In this document: piece by piece, positions 9,816 through 18,596 of the stretch
Layout of the letters: each line of letters starts with the position of its first letter
Numbering within the stretch: the stretch's first letter is position 1
NCBI GenBank assembly: GCA_036489315.1
Contig: DASXFZ010000064.1
Location: forward strand, 40,585-104,584
Origin: Candidatus Cybelea sp.
GTDB taxonomy: Bacteria; Vulcanimicrobiota; Vulcanimicrobiia; Vulcanimicrobiales; Vulcanimicrobiaceae
DNA length: 64,000 nt
Reading direction: 5' to 3'
Translations under genes and position numbers: made by a program
Notes under the pieces: generated by a model
What the model was told of the DNA's origin: nothing
Seen by the model: only the letters and a program-made list of their open reading frames with translations
Databases searched by the model: none

Positions 9816-10339
9816 ATGGGAACCGAGAATGAGCTCCTGTATCCGCTGTCGGTCGGGCGGAAGATCTGGATGTTACCCCCGCTGGGGCCGTTACTGGTAA
9901 CGGCAACTTCACGGTTTATCGGGTTAACGGCGCAGCTGAAGGGCGCGCGGATCTGTCCGTAGGTTGGAGTCCACAATTCGCCCGCGCGATTTAGTTCGCC
10001 TATCCATCCCGCTCCAGCGTTGGTGATATAGACACCCCCGGTCGTGTCCGAGCACTCGCCCTGCAGGTCGCTCCCAACTGGATCGAACTGCGCCTTCAGC
10101 TTCAAGTCGGGCAGCGAATAGATATTGACGTTACCCGATGCGCTGTCTGATAGGAAAAGCAGGCGCGGCGTTTGGGCGAGGTCCGAAGCCGCCCAGCGGA
10201 GGTGGGGATGGAAGCGTGCCCGTGCATACGCGACGTCGCTCGCGCCGCGGAGACCGGACGCCGGCGACGACCCGCCGCCGCTACAGCCGGCAACGAGTAC
10301 TGCGCTGCCGGTTATACCGACGGCATACCAGAAGAGCAT
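9626..10339 (-). CDS. N-terminal fragment of a lipoprotein (beta-propeller-like repeats), probably frameshifted
   Basis: ATG at 10339 gives MLFWYAVGITGSAVLVAGC (a lipoprotein signal). Protein-like sequence runs to about 9835 (..GNIQIFRPTDSGYRS). After that the frame becomes Arg/Ala-rich nonsense until the stop at 9626. Confidence 0.5.
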   Translation of the reverse strand: MLFWYAVGITGSAVLVAGCSGGGSSPASGLRGASDVAYARARFHPHLRWAASDLAQTPRLLFLSDSASGNVNIYSLPDLKLKAQFDPVGSDLQGECSDTTGGVYITNAGAGWIGELNRAGELWTPTYGQIRAPFSCAVNPINREVAVTSNGPSGGNIQIFRPTDSGYRSSFSVPICRRTFSTATIAAATSGWTATPRTRPALSPPAGGRGAARFRSAAGRSISQVSCSTQWGRKRGT

Positions 10340-10434
10340 ACGTGTTTTCAATGGGAAACCGCTCCTTTCGCTTTCCGAGAAAGGGCCCGCTGCCTGGCCG
10401 ACCGGTGCTCTTCCAGCTGCCCCGTCGAGCACCC

Positions 10435-11568
10435 CTAGGCGTTCCCCAGCACGTCGCGGTCGCGCTGAGAAAAGATGTTGAGCAAAACGCCGGCGGCGGC
10501 GAAATCGGTGATCATCGCGGAGCCGCCGTACGACATGAACGGCAGCGGGATGCCGGTGATCGGCATAATCCCGATCGTCATTCCGACGTTGACGAGCACG
10601 TGGAAGAAAAGCAACCCGACCAGGCCGCTCGCCAGCAGAAACCCGAAACGATCGCGTGCCGCAAGCATGGCGCGCACGCCCCCGTAGAGCACGGCGGCAT
10701 AGAGCGCCAGCAGGAGCGCCGCGCCGACGAAGCCCCACTCCTCGGCCAGCACGGTGAAGATGAAATCGCGCGAGTGCTCGGGTACGAAGTTGAGCTGCGT
10801 CTGCGTTCCGCGATAGAGGCCGCGTCCGAACCACTCACCGTTACCGACGGCGATCTTCGACTGCGCGAGGTTGTAACCCGAACCTTGCGGGTCGGCCTTG
10901 GGATTGAGGAATACGAAGAGCCGCGCGCGTTGAAACGGTTTGAGGACCGCATTGGTTCCGACGGCTGCCGCGCCGACGACCAGCACGGCCAACGCGTAGA
11001 TGCCGAAGTCGCCGAGCTTGGGCAACGCGAAGAACAGCTCGACCGTCAAGATCGCAACCAGCGTCAGGGACGTTCCCAAGTCGGGTTGCTTGAGGATCAG
11101 GAGTGCCGGAAGCGCGACGGTCAGCAGCGGCTTCCAGAGCTCTTGCAAATTCTCGTAGCGCCCGCGGCAGAGCACGGCAGCCAGTGAAATCGCGACGACG
11201 AGCTTGGCCGGCTCGGACGGTTGAAAAGTGCCGAGCGGTCCGAGTGAGATCCAGCGTTGCGCGCCGAGCGCACTGTGGCCGCCGCGCAGGATGAAGATCA
11301 GCAGCAACAGATTGATGGCGTACAAGCCGGGGGCCCAGCGCTGCCAGTTTCGGTAGTCGACGAGCGAGAGCCCGAACATCAGCGCCATTCCGAGTGCCAA
11401 GTAGAGTATCTGTCGCTTGAACTCGCCGCCCGCATCGGTATCGTGCAATCCGGCCGAGCGAATGCACAGCAAGCCGATCAGCGCGATGAAGACGGCGCCG
11501 AGCGCCAGCGGCCAGTTGAAGTTGCGAGCGTAACGTCTAGCGCCGCTGCCGAGTGCCAGGACGGCCAA
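10435..11568 (-). CDS. rodA: SEDS-family peptidoglycan glycosyltransferase (RodA/FtsW/SpoVE)
   Basis: 377 aa, multi-TM. SEDS motifs GTFQPSEPAKL and PITGIPLPFMSYGGSAM. It lies 6 nt downstream of minE, outside any dcw cluster, so RodA is favoured over FtsW. The symbol is tentative. Confidence 0.8.
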   Translation of the reverse strand: MAVLALGSGARRYARNFNWPLALGAVFIALIGLLCIRSAGLHDTDAGGEFKRQILYLALGMALMFGLSLVDYRNWQRWAPGLYAINLLLLIFILRGGHSALGAQRWISLGPLGTFQPSEPAKLVVAISLAAVLCRGRYENLQELWKPLLTVALPALLILKQPDLGTSLTLVAILTVELFFALPKLGDFGIYALAVLVVGAAAVGTNAVLKPFQRARLFVFLNPKADPQGSGYNLAQSKIAVGNGEWFGRGLYRGTQTQLNFVPEHSRDFIFTVLAEEWGFVGAALLLALYAAVLYGGVRAMLAARDRFGFLLASGLVGLLFFHVLVNVGMTIGIMPITGIPLPFMSYGGSAMITDFAAAGVLLNIFSQRDRDVLGNA

Positions 11569-11574
11569 GCGGCC

Positions 11575-12045
11575 TCAGGTCGGCGTCGGCGCTGGAGCCG
11601 CGCTCGCGGCGGGATTCTTCTTGCGCCGCCGCCGTTTGCGCACGGGCGGCGTTGCGCAGGCGGCGGCTTTCTTTTTCGGCGCGGGCGCCTCGACGGCGAC
11701 TGCGTCTTCGACGACGGCCGAGGCCGTTTCGCTCACCGGCTCGACCGGCGCACCGCCGTTGCTTCCGTTACCGTGGCTGCCGTTACCGTTGGGACGATTA
11801 ACCGAGATAATCGGGATGTTCGCCAGCAGCGCGAGCGCGGTATCTTGCCGTTCGAAGTTAACCTCGATCCGATCGCGGTCGACCTCGACGTGTCGCGAGA
11901 TCACGTCGACGAGATCGGCCTTGAGCTTTTCGATCATCTCCGGCGCGAGTTCGAGGTGATCCGTCATGAGAACCAAACGCAGCCGCTCTTTGGCCGTCGC
12001 ACTCGAGCCCGATTGCCCGAAGAGGCGTTTGAGAAACTCGATCAC
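11575..12045 (-). CDS. minE: Cell-division topological specificity factor MinE with a C-terminal extension
   Basis: N-terminal ~85 aa match MinE (MIEFLKRLFG...AKERLRLVL...VISRHVEV). A ~70-aa Gly/Asn/Ala/Pro tail follows, ending in KRRRRKKN. The start overlaps the minD stop by 4 nt. Confidence 0.85.
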   Translation of the reverse strand: MIEFLKRLFGQSGSSATAKERLRLVLMTDHLELAPEMIEKLKADLVDVISRHVEVDRDRIEVNFERQDTALALLANIPIISVNRPNGNGSHGNGSNGGAPVEPVSETASAVVEDAVAVEAPAPKKKAAACATPPVRKRRRRKKNPAASAAPAPTPT

Positions 12046-12896
12046 GCGCGCTTTCCTCCCAAAAAGGAGCTCACCCGTTCCATGAACGACGGCTTCGAGA
12101 GGGGCGGCATCGGCGCGGGAACGTCTTCGCCGGCAACTCGTGCGGCGATCGCGTGATAGGCGGCGCCGGTGGGATTCTCTCGCCGCAGCGCGAGCGGTTC
12201 GCCCCGGTTCGTCGTCACGATGATGTCGGGTTCGTCGGCGATTACGCCCAGCAGCGGAAGACGCAGTATCGCGTTCACATCGTCGACGGAGAGCATCTTG
12301 CCCTTGCGCACGAGTGCGGGACGCAGCCGATTGATGACCAGCTGCGGGCGAAAGCGGTTGCCGAGCAGCCCGACGACACGATCGACGTCGCGCACCGCCG
12401 ATACCTCCGGGGTGCAGACGACGATCGCTTCGTCCGCGCCGGCGACGGCGTTCTTGAAACCGAGCTCGATGCCCGCGGGACAGTCGATCAGCACGTAGTC
12501 GAAGCGCTCGCGCAGAGACTCGATCAGCGCCTTCATCTTCTCGGTTTCGACGTCGTCTTTTTCCCGCGATTGCGCGGCCGCAAGAAGAAAGAGCGTGTCG
12601 CCGTGTTTGCTCGGAACCAGCGCGTCATCCAGCGAGGCGCGCTCCTCGAGCACGTCGAGCAGATGGTACTTGACGCGGCTCTCCAAGCCCAAAAGAATGT
12701 CGAGGTTGCGCAGGCCCACGTCGGCGTCGACGAGCACGACCTTTACGCCGCGGCTCGCGAGCGCCGTGCCGAGATTCGCGGTCGTCGTCGTCTTACCGAC
12801 GCCGCCCTTGCCCGAAGTGAGAACGATCGCGCGACCGAGGCGCCGAGCCGGTGCGGCCGCCTCGGTCTCGTGTTCAACGGCCTGTGTCTGTTGCAC
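12042..12896 (-). CDS. minD: Septum site-determining ATPase MinD, paralogue A
   Basis: 284 aa. Deviant Walker A SGKGGVGKTTTTANLG, DADVGLRNLD, and a C-terminal amphipathic tail SFMERVSSFLGG. Carries a ~27-aa N-terminal extension. Confidence 0.9.
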   Translation of the reverse strand: MQQTQAVEHETEAAAPARRLGRAIVLTSGKGGVGKTTTTANLGTALASRGVKVVLVDADVGLRNLDILLGLESRVKYHLLDVLEERASLDDALVPSKHGDTLFLLAAAQSREKDDVETEKMKALIESLRERFDYVLIDCPAGIELGFKNAVAGADEAIVVCTPEVSAVRDVDRVVGLLGNRFRPQLVINRLRPALVRKGKMLSVDDVNAILRLPLLGVIADEPDIIVTTNRGEPLALRRENPTGAAYHAIAARVAGEDVPAPMPPLSKPSFMERVSSFLGGKRA

Positions 12897-12899
12897 GCG

Positions 12900-13691
12900 C
12901 TACCCCGCTTTCAACGCGTCGAGGAGACGACCGAAAAGACTCGTGCCGTCGAAGCTGGTAAAGGGCACCATCTCGCCTTCGAGACGGCGAGCGATCTTGT
13001 CGTAAATCGTCTTGAGGCGGCTGGCATCGTTGAGCACAATTGGTTCGCCGCGATTGGTCGTGTCGATGACCTCTTCGTCGTCGGGAACGACGCCGAGCAG
13101 CTCGATAGAGAGGACGTCGCAGACGTCGTCGACCGAGAGCATGTCCCCGCTGCGCACCATCTCGGGACGCAGGCGGTTGACGATCAAGCGAATCGGCTTG
13201 CGCTCGTGGGCGATCTTGCCGACGACCCGATCGGCGTCGCGAATCGCGCTGACCTCCGGCGTCGTAACGACGATCGCCTCGGAAGCCCCCGCGACGGCGT
13301 TTCGAAAACCGTGCTCGATGCCGGCGGGGCAATCGATCAGCACGTAGTCGGCCTGCGTTGCGGCGAGGTCGACGATCGCCGAGAACTGTTCGGTCGTGAT
13401 CGCATCCTTCTCGCGCGTCTGCGCCGCGGGCAGGATCGAAAGCGACTCGAAGCGCTTGTCTTTGATCAGCGCCTGACGAAGCTGGCAGCGCCCCTCCGCG
13501 ACCTCGACCAGATCGAAGACGATGCGCTTTTCGAGGCCGAGCACGAGATCGAGGTTGCGCAGCCCGATATCGGCATCGATCAAGATCACACGTTTGCCGC
13601 GCTTCGCGAGCGTCGCGCCGAGGTTTGCGGTCGTCGTCGTTTTGCCGACACCGCCTTTTCCCGAGGTGATGACGATCTTGCGCGGCGTCAC
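12900..13691 (-). CDS. minD: Septum site-determining ATPase MinD, paralogue B
   Basis: 263 aa. SGKGGVGKTTTTANLG, DADIGLRNLD, and a C-terminal amphipathic tail SLFGRLLDALKAG. The start overlaps the minC stop by 4 nt. Confidence 0.9.
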   Translation of the reverse strand: MTPRKIVITSGKGGVGKTTTTANLGATLAKRGKRVILIDADIGLRNLDLVLGLEKRIVFDLVEVAEGRCQLRQALIKDKRFESLSILPAAQTREKDAITTEQFSAIVDLAATQADYVLIDCPAGIEHGFRNAVAGASEAIVVTTPEVSAIRDADRVVGKIAHERKPIRLIVNRLRPEMVRSGDMLSVDDVCDVLSIELLGVVPDDEEVIDTTNRGEPIVLNDASRLKTIYDKIARRLEGEMVPFTSFDGTSLFGRLLDALKAG

Positions 13692-14596
13692 GTCGAGACC
13701 GCTCCCAGCGTTCCAGATATATCGAGGCGATCGAGAGTGAGAATCGTTATCCGCCCATCACGCACGAGGGCAGCTTCGGCCACCGCCGGCCGGCTCCGCT
13801 TGCTCTCTGCATCAGCGGCGATGAAGGTCGCGATGCGCAGCTGGGTGGGTGAGAGGTCGAGAGCGTAGATGCGCGCACTCTCGTCGCTTTGCGCACCCGC
13901 GTGCGCGATGCCCCCAAGCCGCCCGAAAACCAGGATATCTCCGGTCGCGATCAGCTCCGCGCCGGGATTGACGTCGCCGACTACGACGATGTTCCCAGTG
14001 TGATGGAGAACTTGGCCGCCGCGCAGCGTCGACGCGTGATAGAGCGTCGCCGGGCCGGTCTCGACGACGTGCAGCGCGGCGGGCGGCCGCGCAGTCTCGA
14101 CCGGCGGCCCGGTGTGACGGCGGACGCTCTCCTCGCCGCGGCGCCGGCGCTGGGCAATGTCGCCGCGCGCTCCCGCAAAATCGGCGACGAGCGAGCGCGC
14201 AGAATCGGAGAGCGCGGGATCGGTGCGCGGCCGCAGTGCTCTGGGGCGGACGGTCTCTTCGCGCGGCGTTTCAAACAGCAGACTGGTTCGTGCGGCGAGC
14301 GCTGCCAGCTCCTCGTCGAACCCAGCGACCCCGCGCAGCGCGATTCCCGCCTCCTCGAGGACGCCGCGCAGCCCGGCCAGCTCTTCGTCCGACGGCAAAT
14401 CGGAGCCGAAGTTGACGATGGCGCTGGCTCCGCGATAGAAGCCCGGCTGCTCGGTGAGGCGAGCGTGCAGCTCCGCGAACCCCTGGCTCAAGTCACCGGG
14501 GGACAAGGTCACTTCGAGGCCGCCCCGCCTCCCTCGCAAGAGTGCCACGCTACGCTCTCCGAGAAGAACTGGGGGCAACCCCTTGTTCATCCACAA
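13688..14596 (-). CDS. minC: Septum site-determining protein MinC
   Basis: 302 aa. C-terminal MinC beta-helix motif GDVNPGAELIATGDILVFGRLGGIAHAG. First gene of the min cluster. Confidence 0.8.
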   Translation of the reverse strand: MWMNKGLPPVLLGERSVALLRGRRGGLEVTLSPGDLSQGFAELHARLTEQPGFYRGASAIVNFGSDLPSDEELAGLRGVLEEAGIALRGVAGFDEELAALAARTSLLFETPREETVRPRALRPRTDPALSDSARSLVADFAGARGDIAQRRRRGEESVRRHTGPPVETARPPAALHVVETGPATLYHASTLRGGQVLHHTGNIVVVGDVNPGAELIATGDILVFGRLGGIAHAGAQSDESARIYALDLSPTQLRIATFIAADAESKRSRPAVAEAALVRDGRITILTLDRLDISGTLGAVST

Positions 14597-14689
14597 ACGA
14601 TTCGCAAGTTCTTGGCGTTGTCCACATATAATACACAGTCAGGCGGCGTAACCTAATCTTTGTCCGCCGGTAGAGGAATTGAGACCCGT

Positions 14690-16750
14690 ATGCTGCGTCG
14701 CATTATTCCCGCTCTCGTCATCGTCTCGCTACTCTGTGCCGGCGGTCCGGCACCGACCGGCGCCATGTCGACGCAGGCCGAAATTGCCCTGGGCCAATCC
14801 GAGGATCAGCAGATCGTCGCCGGCAGCGTGATCGAAACCGATCCGCTGCTCAACGCCTACGTCTCCGGCGTCGCCGGGAACCTCTGGAATCAGGTCGCGC
14901 GTAAGGACGTTCCTTACTCGATCAAGATCATCCACGACAGCCAGATCAACTCCTTTGCGACGATGGGCGGATTCGTCTACGTCTACGAGGGTCTGGTCGA
15001 CTTCGTGCAGTCCGACGACGAGTTGGCCAGCGTTCTCGGCCACGAGACCGGCCACATCGAGCGGCGCCACCTCATCACGACCAACACGAAGGCGGAGATT
15101 CTGAACCTTCTCTTCGGAATCGCGTCGATGTTCTCGCCGATCCTCTACGAGTTCGGCGGCCTCGCTGAGGCGGGGCTGATGGCCAAGGTTTCCCGTGAAG
15201 ACGAGATCCAGGCCGATCGCTACGGGCTGCAGCTGATGTCGCGCGCGGGGTACGATCCCGAATCGATGGTGACGATGATGGCGCACCTCGGCATCCTGGA
15301 GGACGAGCACAGCGACGCGGTCAGCAAGTATCTCCAAGACCACCCCGATCCGTCGGCGCGCGTCTCGCACTTGATGGGCTACCCGGAGCTCGATCCGAGG
15401 ACGATCACATCGACGCAGGAGCTCGTCCAAGCCTCGAGCGACGAAGAGCGCTCGCGCTATTCCTTCTCGCAGCTGCGCCTCGATCAGGTTTTGCATACCG
15501 ATCCGCAAAACCCCGAGGCGCTGCTCGAACTCGGGCAATCCGAGCTCGCACTTGGCCTTCCGAGCAAGAGCGAACAGACGCTCGCGCAAGCGGCCCAGCT
15601 TGGATCCTCTCAGACGCGGGCGACGGCGAATCAGCGAATCACGGCGCTGCGGCAGATGGAAGTACAGCGCGTTACGCTGACCAAGCCGAACCTGCCGAAG
15701 CTCAAGGAGGCCGTGCTGGCCGGGCAGGCTGCCCAGTATTCCGCCGCAACCGAGATTCAGACTCGAGCAACCGAGGGAAAAGATCAGCTCAAGTCGGTCC
15801 AGAGCCGCCTGGAAACGATCCAATACGAGGTACCGGACCTCAGCCGCGTCAACATTCGCCGCGGCAGCCGCATCGAAGCCATCGTCAAGAACCTCACCTC
15901 GATGGCGCGCTCGGTCGATAGCACGCTCGGCGATGCGGGCGGCGACACGAGCCCGATCGGGGGCGTCGGTTCGCTCGAAAAGAATAAGGAAAACGGCCTC
16001 CTCAAGGAGAGCGCCGACATCTACGACGAGATGCTGGCTCCCTTCTCGATGAGCACCGTGCCGGCCGAATCGCTAGAGATCTTGCCCTCGTACCCGAGTA
16101 TGATGAACGAGCTCACCTTGGCCGACGGCGAGATGCTGCGCTCGGTCGACGCGGCGCGAGCCTCGCTCACGATGCTCGACCAGTCGCTCGGAGATCTCGA
16201 CGAGTTTTTCAAACAGCTCGACCACGCGCAAATGAGCTTCGGCGGCGACATCAGCCAAGCCGACTACTTGTCGGTCGCGCCGATGATGAAAAAGACCGTC
16301 GACGAGCTCAACTCGGCTGCAACGGCATCCTCGCAAGGCGCCCAGCTCTTCAACCTCGCGCGTTCGCGCCAGATCGGCGTGCGCATCACGCTGCTTGGGC
16401 TGGGAACCTCCCCGCAAATCTACTCGACGCTGCGGTACGCGCTGCAGCAGCGCTTCGGCTCGCCGGGCGTCTCCTACCGGACGATGCTGCACGACGATCT
16501 GACGCCGGGCGACGTCGTCACCGCGACGATCGTCGCCGCCGATATCAAGAGCACGCCGGAGAGCATCATCGCCGAGGCCAAGAGCGCCAATCAAACGATC
16601 GTCGACGTCGCCAACTCGCATAAGATGCACGCGTGGCCGCTCGAGATATTCCTCGGTCTCGTCTACCTCGACTACACCGACGATCCCGCCAAGGAGCTGC
16701 GCAAAGCCGACGGCACGATGGCGGTCGACCTCAACAAGCTCGGCTTGTAG
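14690..16750 (+). CDS. M48-family Zn metalloprotease with a long C-terminal extension
   Basis: ORF from 14660. The ATG at 14690 has a GAGGAA SD and gives a signal/TM segment (MLRRIIPALVIVSLLCAGG). HExxH motif HETGHIERRH and a downstream EIQADRYG. A TPR-like segment follows, then ~400 aa with no motif I recognise. Confidence 0.8.
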   Translation: MLRRIIPALVIVSLLCAGGPAPTGAMSTQAEIALGQSEDQQIVAGSVIETDPLLNAYVSGVAGNLWNQVARKDVPYSIKIIHDSQINSFATMGGFVYVYEGLVDFVQSDDELASVLGHETGHIERRHLITTNTKAEILNLLFGIASMFSPILYEFGGLAEAGLMAKVSREDEIQADRYGLQLMSRAGYDPESMVTMMAHLGILEDEHSDAVSKYLQDHPDPSARVSHLMGYPELDPRTITSTQELVQASSDEERSRYSFSQLRLDQVLHTDPQNPEALLELGQSELALGLPSKSEQTLAQAAQLGSSQTRATANQRITALRQMEVQRVTLTKPNLPKLKEAVLAGQAAQYSAATEIQTRATEGKDQLKSVQSRLETIQYEVPDLSRVNIRRGSRIEAIVKNLTSMARSVDSTLGDAGGDTSPIGGVGSLEKNKENGLLKESADIYDEMLAPFSMSTVPAESLEILPSYPSMMNELTLADGEMLRSVDAARASLTMLDQSLGDLDEFFKQLDHAQMSFGGDISQADYLSVAPMMKKTVDELNSAATASSQGAQLFNLARSRQIGVRITLLGLGTSPQIYSTLRYALQQRFGSPGVSYRTMLHDDLTPGDVVTATIVAADIKSTPESIIAEAKSANQTIVDVANSHKMHAWPLEIFLGLVYLDYTDDPAKELRKADGTMAVDLNKLGL

Positions 16751-16760
16751 GACTGCAATC

Positions 16761-17756
16761 ATGGCAATCGCTGGCGACGCCCGTAATCTTTTCACGATCG
16801 TGCGCAAGGGAATCGACGTACGCACAGTTCACGCGCACGTTCGCAAGCCGTTTCGCTTTCTGCTCTGCGGCGATCTGTCGCTGGTGGCAAGGCTGCGCGC
16901 TTTGCTGCTCTCCGGACACGATGAAGAGATCGCGCGGAGCGAAGCGTCGGCCTGTCTCGAAACGATCCGCGCTGGGACACCGCTGGCCACCGACCCAAAG
17001 GAAGTTCGCGCCGTGCTCTTTCTGGGGCACCGCAACGACTGCACGGGCGTCGATTTCGCGCCGCTCTCAGCGCTCCAGGTTCCGATTCTAGCGATTACGG
17101 TCGACGCGCTCGGCACGCCGTCGGGCCCCGCGAACCTTCCGGCGCGCGGCACGTGGGGCGAATACGTCGTGCAGTGCCTCGACGCTGCCGCGTTGCGGGC
17201 GCGAGTCTTTCCGCATCTCGTCGAGTCGGCGAACGGCGTCGAAATCGCGGTGGGCCGCAATCTCCCCGTGCTGCGGGAGAGCGTTGCCGCCAAGCTGACG
17301 CGCGACGCGGCGCAGCGCGCGCTGAAAGTTGCGCTGGCAAGCGCGTTGGTCGATCATATACCGGTCGTCGGACTCGTGCTGGGGGCCTTCGCATCGGCCG
17401 GAGATATGGTGGCGATCACCGGCATCCAAGTCATGCTGATGCTGCACATCGAAGCCGCCTACGGCCGCGATCCGGACGTCGGACGCACGTGGCAGCTATT
17501 ACCGGTCATCGGTGGAGGTTTCGGCTGGCGTACGCTCGCGCGCGAGCTCTCCGGCTTCGTTCCGATCGCGGGGATCGCGATCAAAGGCGCGATCGCCTAT
17601 GCCGGAACGATCGTCGTCGGCGAAGGCGTTACGTTCTACTACGAACATGGGCGCTATATGAGCAAGGGTCAGGCGGCCTCGCTCTACAGCCGCACGAAAG
17701 CAGACGCGCTTGCGCTCGCACGCGAGCTCCTGCGGAAGCTGCGCAATCGTTCCTAA
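16761..17756 (+). CDS. DUF697-like membrane-associated protein with a degenerate GTPase-like N-domain
   Basis: 331 aa. The C-terminal half (IPVVGLVLGAFASAGDMVAITGIQVMLMLHIEAAYG...IPIAGIAIKGAIAYAGT) resembles DUF697. No P-loop is seen in the N-terminal half. Confidence 0.5.
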   Translation: MAIAGDARNLFTIVRKGIDVRTVHAHVRKPFRFLLCGDLSLVARLRALLLSGHDEEIARSEASACLETIRAGTPLATDPKEVRAVLFLGHRNDCTGVDFAPLSALQVPILAITVDALGTPSGPANLPARGTWGEYVVQCLDAAALRARVFPHLVESANGVEIAVGRNLPVLRESVAAKLTRDAAQRALKVALASALVDHIPVVGLVLGAFASAGDMVAITGIQVMLMLHIEAAYGRDPDVGRTWQLLPVIGGGFGWRTLARELSGFVPIAGIAIKGAIAYAGTIVVGEGVTFYYEHGRYMSKGQAASLYSRTKADALALARELLRKLRNRS

Positions 17757-18408
17757 ATCTCTGCGCGCAGCTTCGCAAGCCGGCGTCCTGCTCGGTTCGC
17801 TGGAAGCGCTGCGGCGCTATCCCGTGAAGAGCCTGCGCGGCGAGCCGCTGGATCGCGCCGAGGTAGAGCAATCGGGAATTCCGGGCGATCGAGCCGCTGC
17901 GCTTTTCGCGCGAGAGGGCGCGCGAGAAGGCAAGACGTACCGCGGCAAAGAGAACGATCGGCTTCACCTGCTCGACGAGGCAGAGGCGGCTAAGGAGCTT
18001 GCGCGTGCGCGCGGCCTCGGCCTCGAGATCCGCCGCGACGAGCACTTCTTCGACGACGCGCCGCTCTCGCTGATCGTCGACGCCTGGCTCGCGGAGGTGA
18101 GCGCCCACATCGGCTATCCGGTGCAGTGGGAACGCTTTAGGCCGAACTTCTTCGTCCGCAGCTTCGAGAATGCGGCGCCGCTCGAACGGGAACTCGTCGA
18201 ACGCGAGCTTCTGCTCGGCGCGGTGCGCCTGCGCGTTCGCGCTCCGATCGGGCGGTGCGTCACCGTGACGTACCACCCAAACGGCGAACCGAGCGATCCG
18301 CGGATTCTCGAGTACGTGGCGCAGCAGCGCAGCAACCAGATGGGGATCTACTGCGACGTCGTTGCGCCGGGTGTTGTGCAGTGCGGCGACGCCTTGCGGC
18401 TGCTCTGA
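17710..18408 (+). CDS. MOSC domain-containing protein
   Basis: MOSC_N-like LEALRRYPVKSLRGE and a MOSC region with conserved Cys (IGRCVTVTYHP...GIYCDVVAPGVV). The TTG at 17710 overlaps the previous gene by 47 nt. The real start may be non-canonical (CTG 17788). Confidence 0.75.
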   Translation: MRSHASSCGSCAIVPKSLRAASQAGVLLGSLEALRRYPVKSLRGEPLDRAEVEQSGIPGDRAAALFAREGAREGKTYRGKENDRLHLLDEAEAAKELARARGLGLEIRRDEHFFDDAPLSLIVDAWLAEVSAHIGYPVQWERFRPNFFVRSFENAAPLERELVERELLLGAVRLRVRAPIGRCVTVTYHPNGEPSDPRILEYVAQQRSNQMGIYCDVVAPGVVQCGDALRLL

Positions 18409-18427
18409 CTCGGCCTCTAAAAACAAA

Positions 18428-18459
18428 CGAGGCGCCGATTTTTTACTCTCGGCGCCTCG
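18428..18459 (-). terminator. Intrinsic terminator of the dnaX-ybaB-recR operon
   Basis: Perfect 11-bp stem CGAGGCGCCGA (18428-18438) / TCGGCGCCTCG (18449-18459). On the minus strand it is followed by TTTGTTTTT. Confidence 0.7.
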
Positions 18460-18596
18460 CGTCCCACACCCACACCCGGTGTGCGCCTAGAATAGCGCGG
18501 CACGCCGAAGCCCACCCTAGTTAAAGCTGACTAGACCGCACGGCACTTCCAAACGGCACGTCCAAGCGGGACAAGTTTCCCTATTCCGCGCGGGCT

